A stretch of 64,000 bases of DNA, from assembly GCF_002113885.1 (NCBI RefSeq), contig NW_018480070.1, positions 248,001-312,000 on the forward strand, read 5' to 3'. Of the stretch, positions 61,739 to 64,000 are shown piece by piece. A program made the translations under genes and the position numbers. Source of the DNA: Mizuhopecten yessoensis. Its lineage: Eukaryota. The notes beneath the pieces were generated by a model that saw only the letters and a program-made list of their open reading frames with translations, was not told the DNA's origin and did not search any database. Position 1 is the stretch's first letter; each line of letters starts with the position of its first letter.

Positions 61739-64000
61739 TTTTCTTCTGATTTAATTTCAATTGTAATTTGGCACGTTCATTGGTGATGATAATGCAAATA
61801 ACTTGTTTATTATTGATTGGCAAGCACATTTGCCATTACAAAAAAATCATAGCATGGCATACAACTTAAACAATTTTTAAATCAAACTTGTGTTTAATTC
61901 TTTTAAACCGCCAGCAAAACTACATATAAACACAGATACAACGTAAATCAAAAATGATGTAAATTCCATCGACCGAGATAACTTATAAAATTTGCGATAT
62001 GTCATATGCATGTATTGTGATCTATAAGTGATAATACACATTTGATTTTTTTATACCAGAAATATGCTAATAAGCAATATCGATATCTATAGGCACAATG
62101 ATTAACTTAGTAACAATAACACACAAAAATTGTGAAGAAAATAAAGAAGAACGCTGTTGTGCATTATCTCTCCACAGTGTCAAAAAAAGGCAATTGACAC
62201 AGACTCATAGTCTCAGTATGTTACAAAATAGTGTGTTGTTATTTAAAAAACACATTTGTCACGTCAATCTGCATAAATACTTCAAGTTCATCTAAACAAA
62301 GTCATTCAACACATTCTAAAAAAAAATGTCGGGGAGACAATTAACAATAACAAATTACTACTTCAACATACAGACATATTTTGCATATTTGGTAGCCACG
62401 TAGAGTTAATATGATAAAGAAGACTGAAAGTAAATAACGTTGTTCAAAAGTGCAAACATATAAAGAGGAACTCCAATTCGAGAAGTAGTCTAAAAATAAA
62501 AAAACAATTACGATTAAAAAAAAGTGTCAAATAGTTCAAAAACTGCGTTTACTTTTAACGCCAAAAAATATAATTCACCAACCTTTAAGCTGAAACTTAA
62601 ACGTCCAACCGCTAATGATTATAATAATTAATTAAATGCTTGATACAAGTATTCATTAGATAAATGCATGATGAAAAGATATAAAGTTGACATTGATACT
62701 TGGTAATTTGTTTTTAAAATATAATTGTGAACACAACAAATATTTCCTCATCAAAAAGCGAACCATACTTTGAATGTACGACTTATCAGATGTACATACA
62801 TATAGTGTTTGAGGAACACCTTCTTGAGACGTATGGAAAATGTCGTGATCGACTTGAAATGGACGTCACCAGTGCATAATGACATGTCATAAAATGTAAT
62901 ACCGCAACACTAAGGTAAATTATGTATATAAGTAATTGTATTGATTTTGATATATGTGTCCGAAAATATTTCACTTTTTCATGAATAATTTCTGTAAAAA
63001 AAAAGGTATTTGAAATATGTGGATATTGAATGCAAGCCATTCTTATACAATACTAATGTATGATTGTTAGTAGTCTCGAGGATACATCTGTAGACATAAC
63101 GATCAATCTTTCTGGAGAATGAAGAAAATTATTTCATTTGCGTATACACTGTATATCAATCTGTTGAATCTAAGGTGAGCAATGAAAGTATGAAAAAGCT
63201 TATTTAGTGTTAAATATATACACACGCAAAAGATCATATTAGTCGTAATGAAACTAAATAGGAGGACATGTATTAATAAGATATACATCAAAGTGCCAAC
63301 ATTGTTCAAATGCTAGTCGTTACAATGTATCAATATAAGAAAGAATGATGGTAGAGATAGACTATTAATTAAAAGTGGTAATGACAGTTTGATTAACCAT
63401 ATTATCGAGATCTGATATCGTTTTCAGTCATCAAAGGAAATTCCTGAAGAGGAATTAATTTGCTTGCGTAAACGAAGGTTTGATTTTTTTATTTCTTAAA
63501 AGTCACGAATAAAGTATTTTTAAGCTGAGGTGAGGCGGCGAGTTCCTGTCAGCGCCGTAAACATAAAGGTTATTAAGATAGTTCAAGTTTAAGTATCTGT
63601 ATCGTAGGGAAAGGCATTGTTATGTTTTAAAACAGTATCAGGTACTATGGCATCATCACGATTGTTAAAAAACGTGTTACAATTTACAAATAATAAAAAC
63701 ACAGAAGGAATGTATAAATATATATGTGATAAGATCAAGCGTGGTATGAAATTCTAGGCCAAAGCTCTCTGAATGAGAAAGGTAAACCCAATTAGAACCA
63801 AATGTTTACTTAACGTTGTCAGTGAAAATAAAAACCACACCATTTTACGCATGAACTTAGATTGTCCACACGACTTTACTAGTTTGTTTCAAGATAAACT
63901 TCTTATTGTATAGACACTCAACTAGTCGAACGTATGTAGGAGATGAATAGCTCTATAATAAAATCCTAACATTGTCCTATAATCAATCACAGACGACAAT

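Noticed and set aside
62833-62892. MENVVIDLKWTSPVHNDMS* as a ninth caveolin exon 1
   Set aside because: Lacks RDPN, ends in a stop rather than a donor, and no exon 2 follows within the window.

Overview
AT-rich, intron-containing animal genomic DNA, probably a bivalve mollusc (inferred from the V-type tRNA SINEs, Helentron/HINE-like elements and long minisatellites). There are no prokaryotic features and no CRISPR array. The left end holds five spliced coding exons of a FAM185A orthologue on the minus strand; its 3' end is not found in the window. About 17 kb of repeat-rich DNA with no supportable gene follows. From 22.2 to 60.0 kb is a head-to-tail array of eight two-exon caveolin genes, here called A-H: seven intact and one pseudogene (C). 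The intact genes encode minimal 129-134 aa caveolins with 11-18 Cys. Each has a short variable exon 1 and a second coding exon of exactly 333 bp. The array looks actively rearranging: a near-identical 4.48-kb tandem duplication whose middle gene F is a G/E chimera with a breakpoint mappable to 80 bp, exon-2-restricted homogenisation between paralogues with divergent exon 1s and introns, and a pseudogene locus that is a circular permutation of the E-G interval. All alignments and counts were done by eye, and human reference sequences were recalled from memory.
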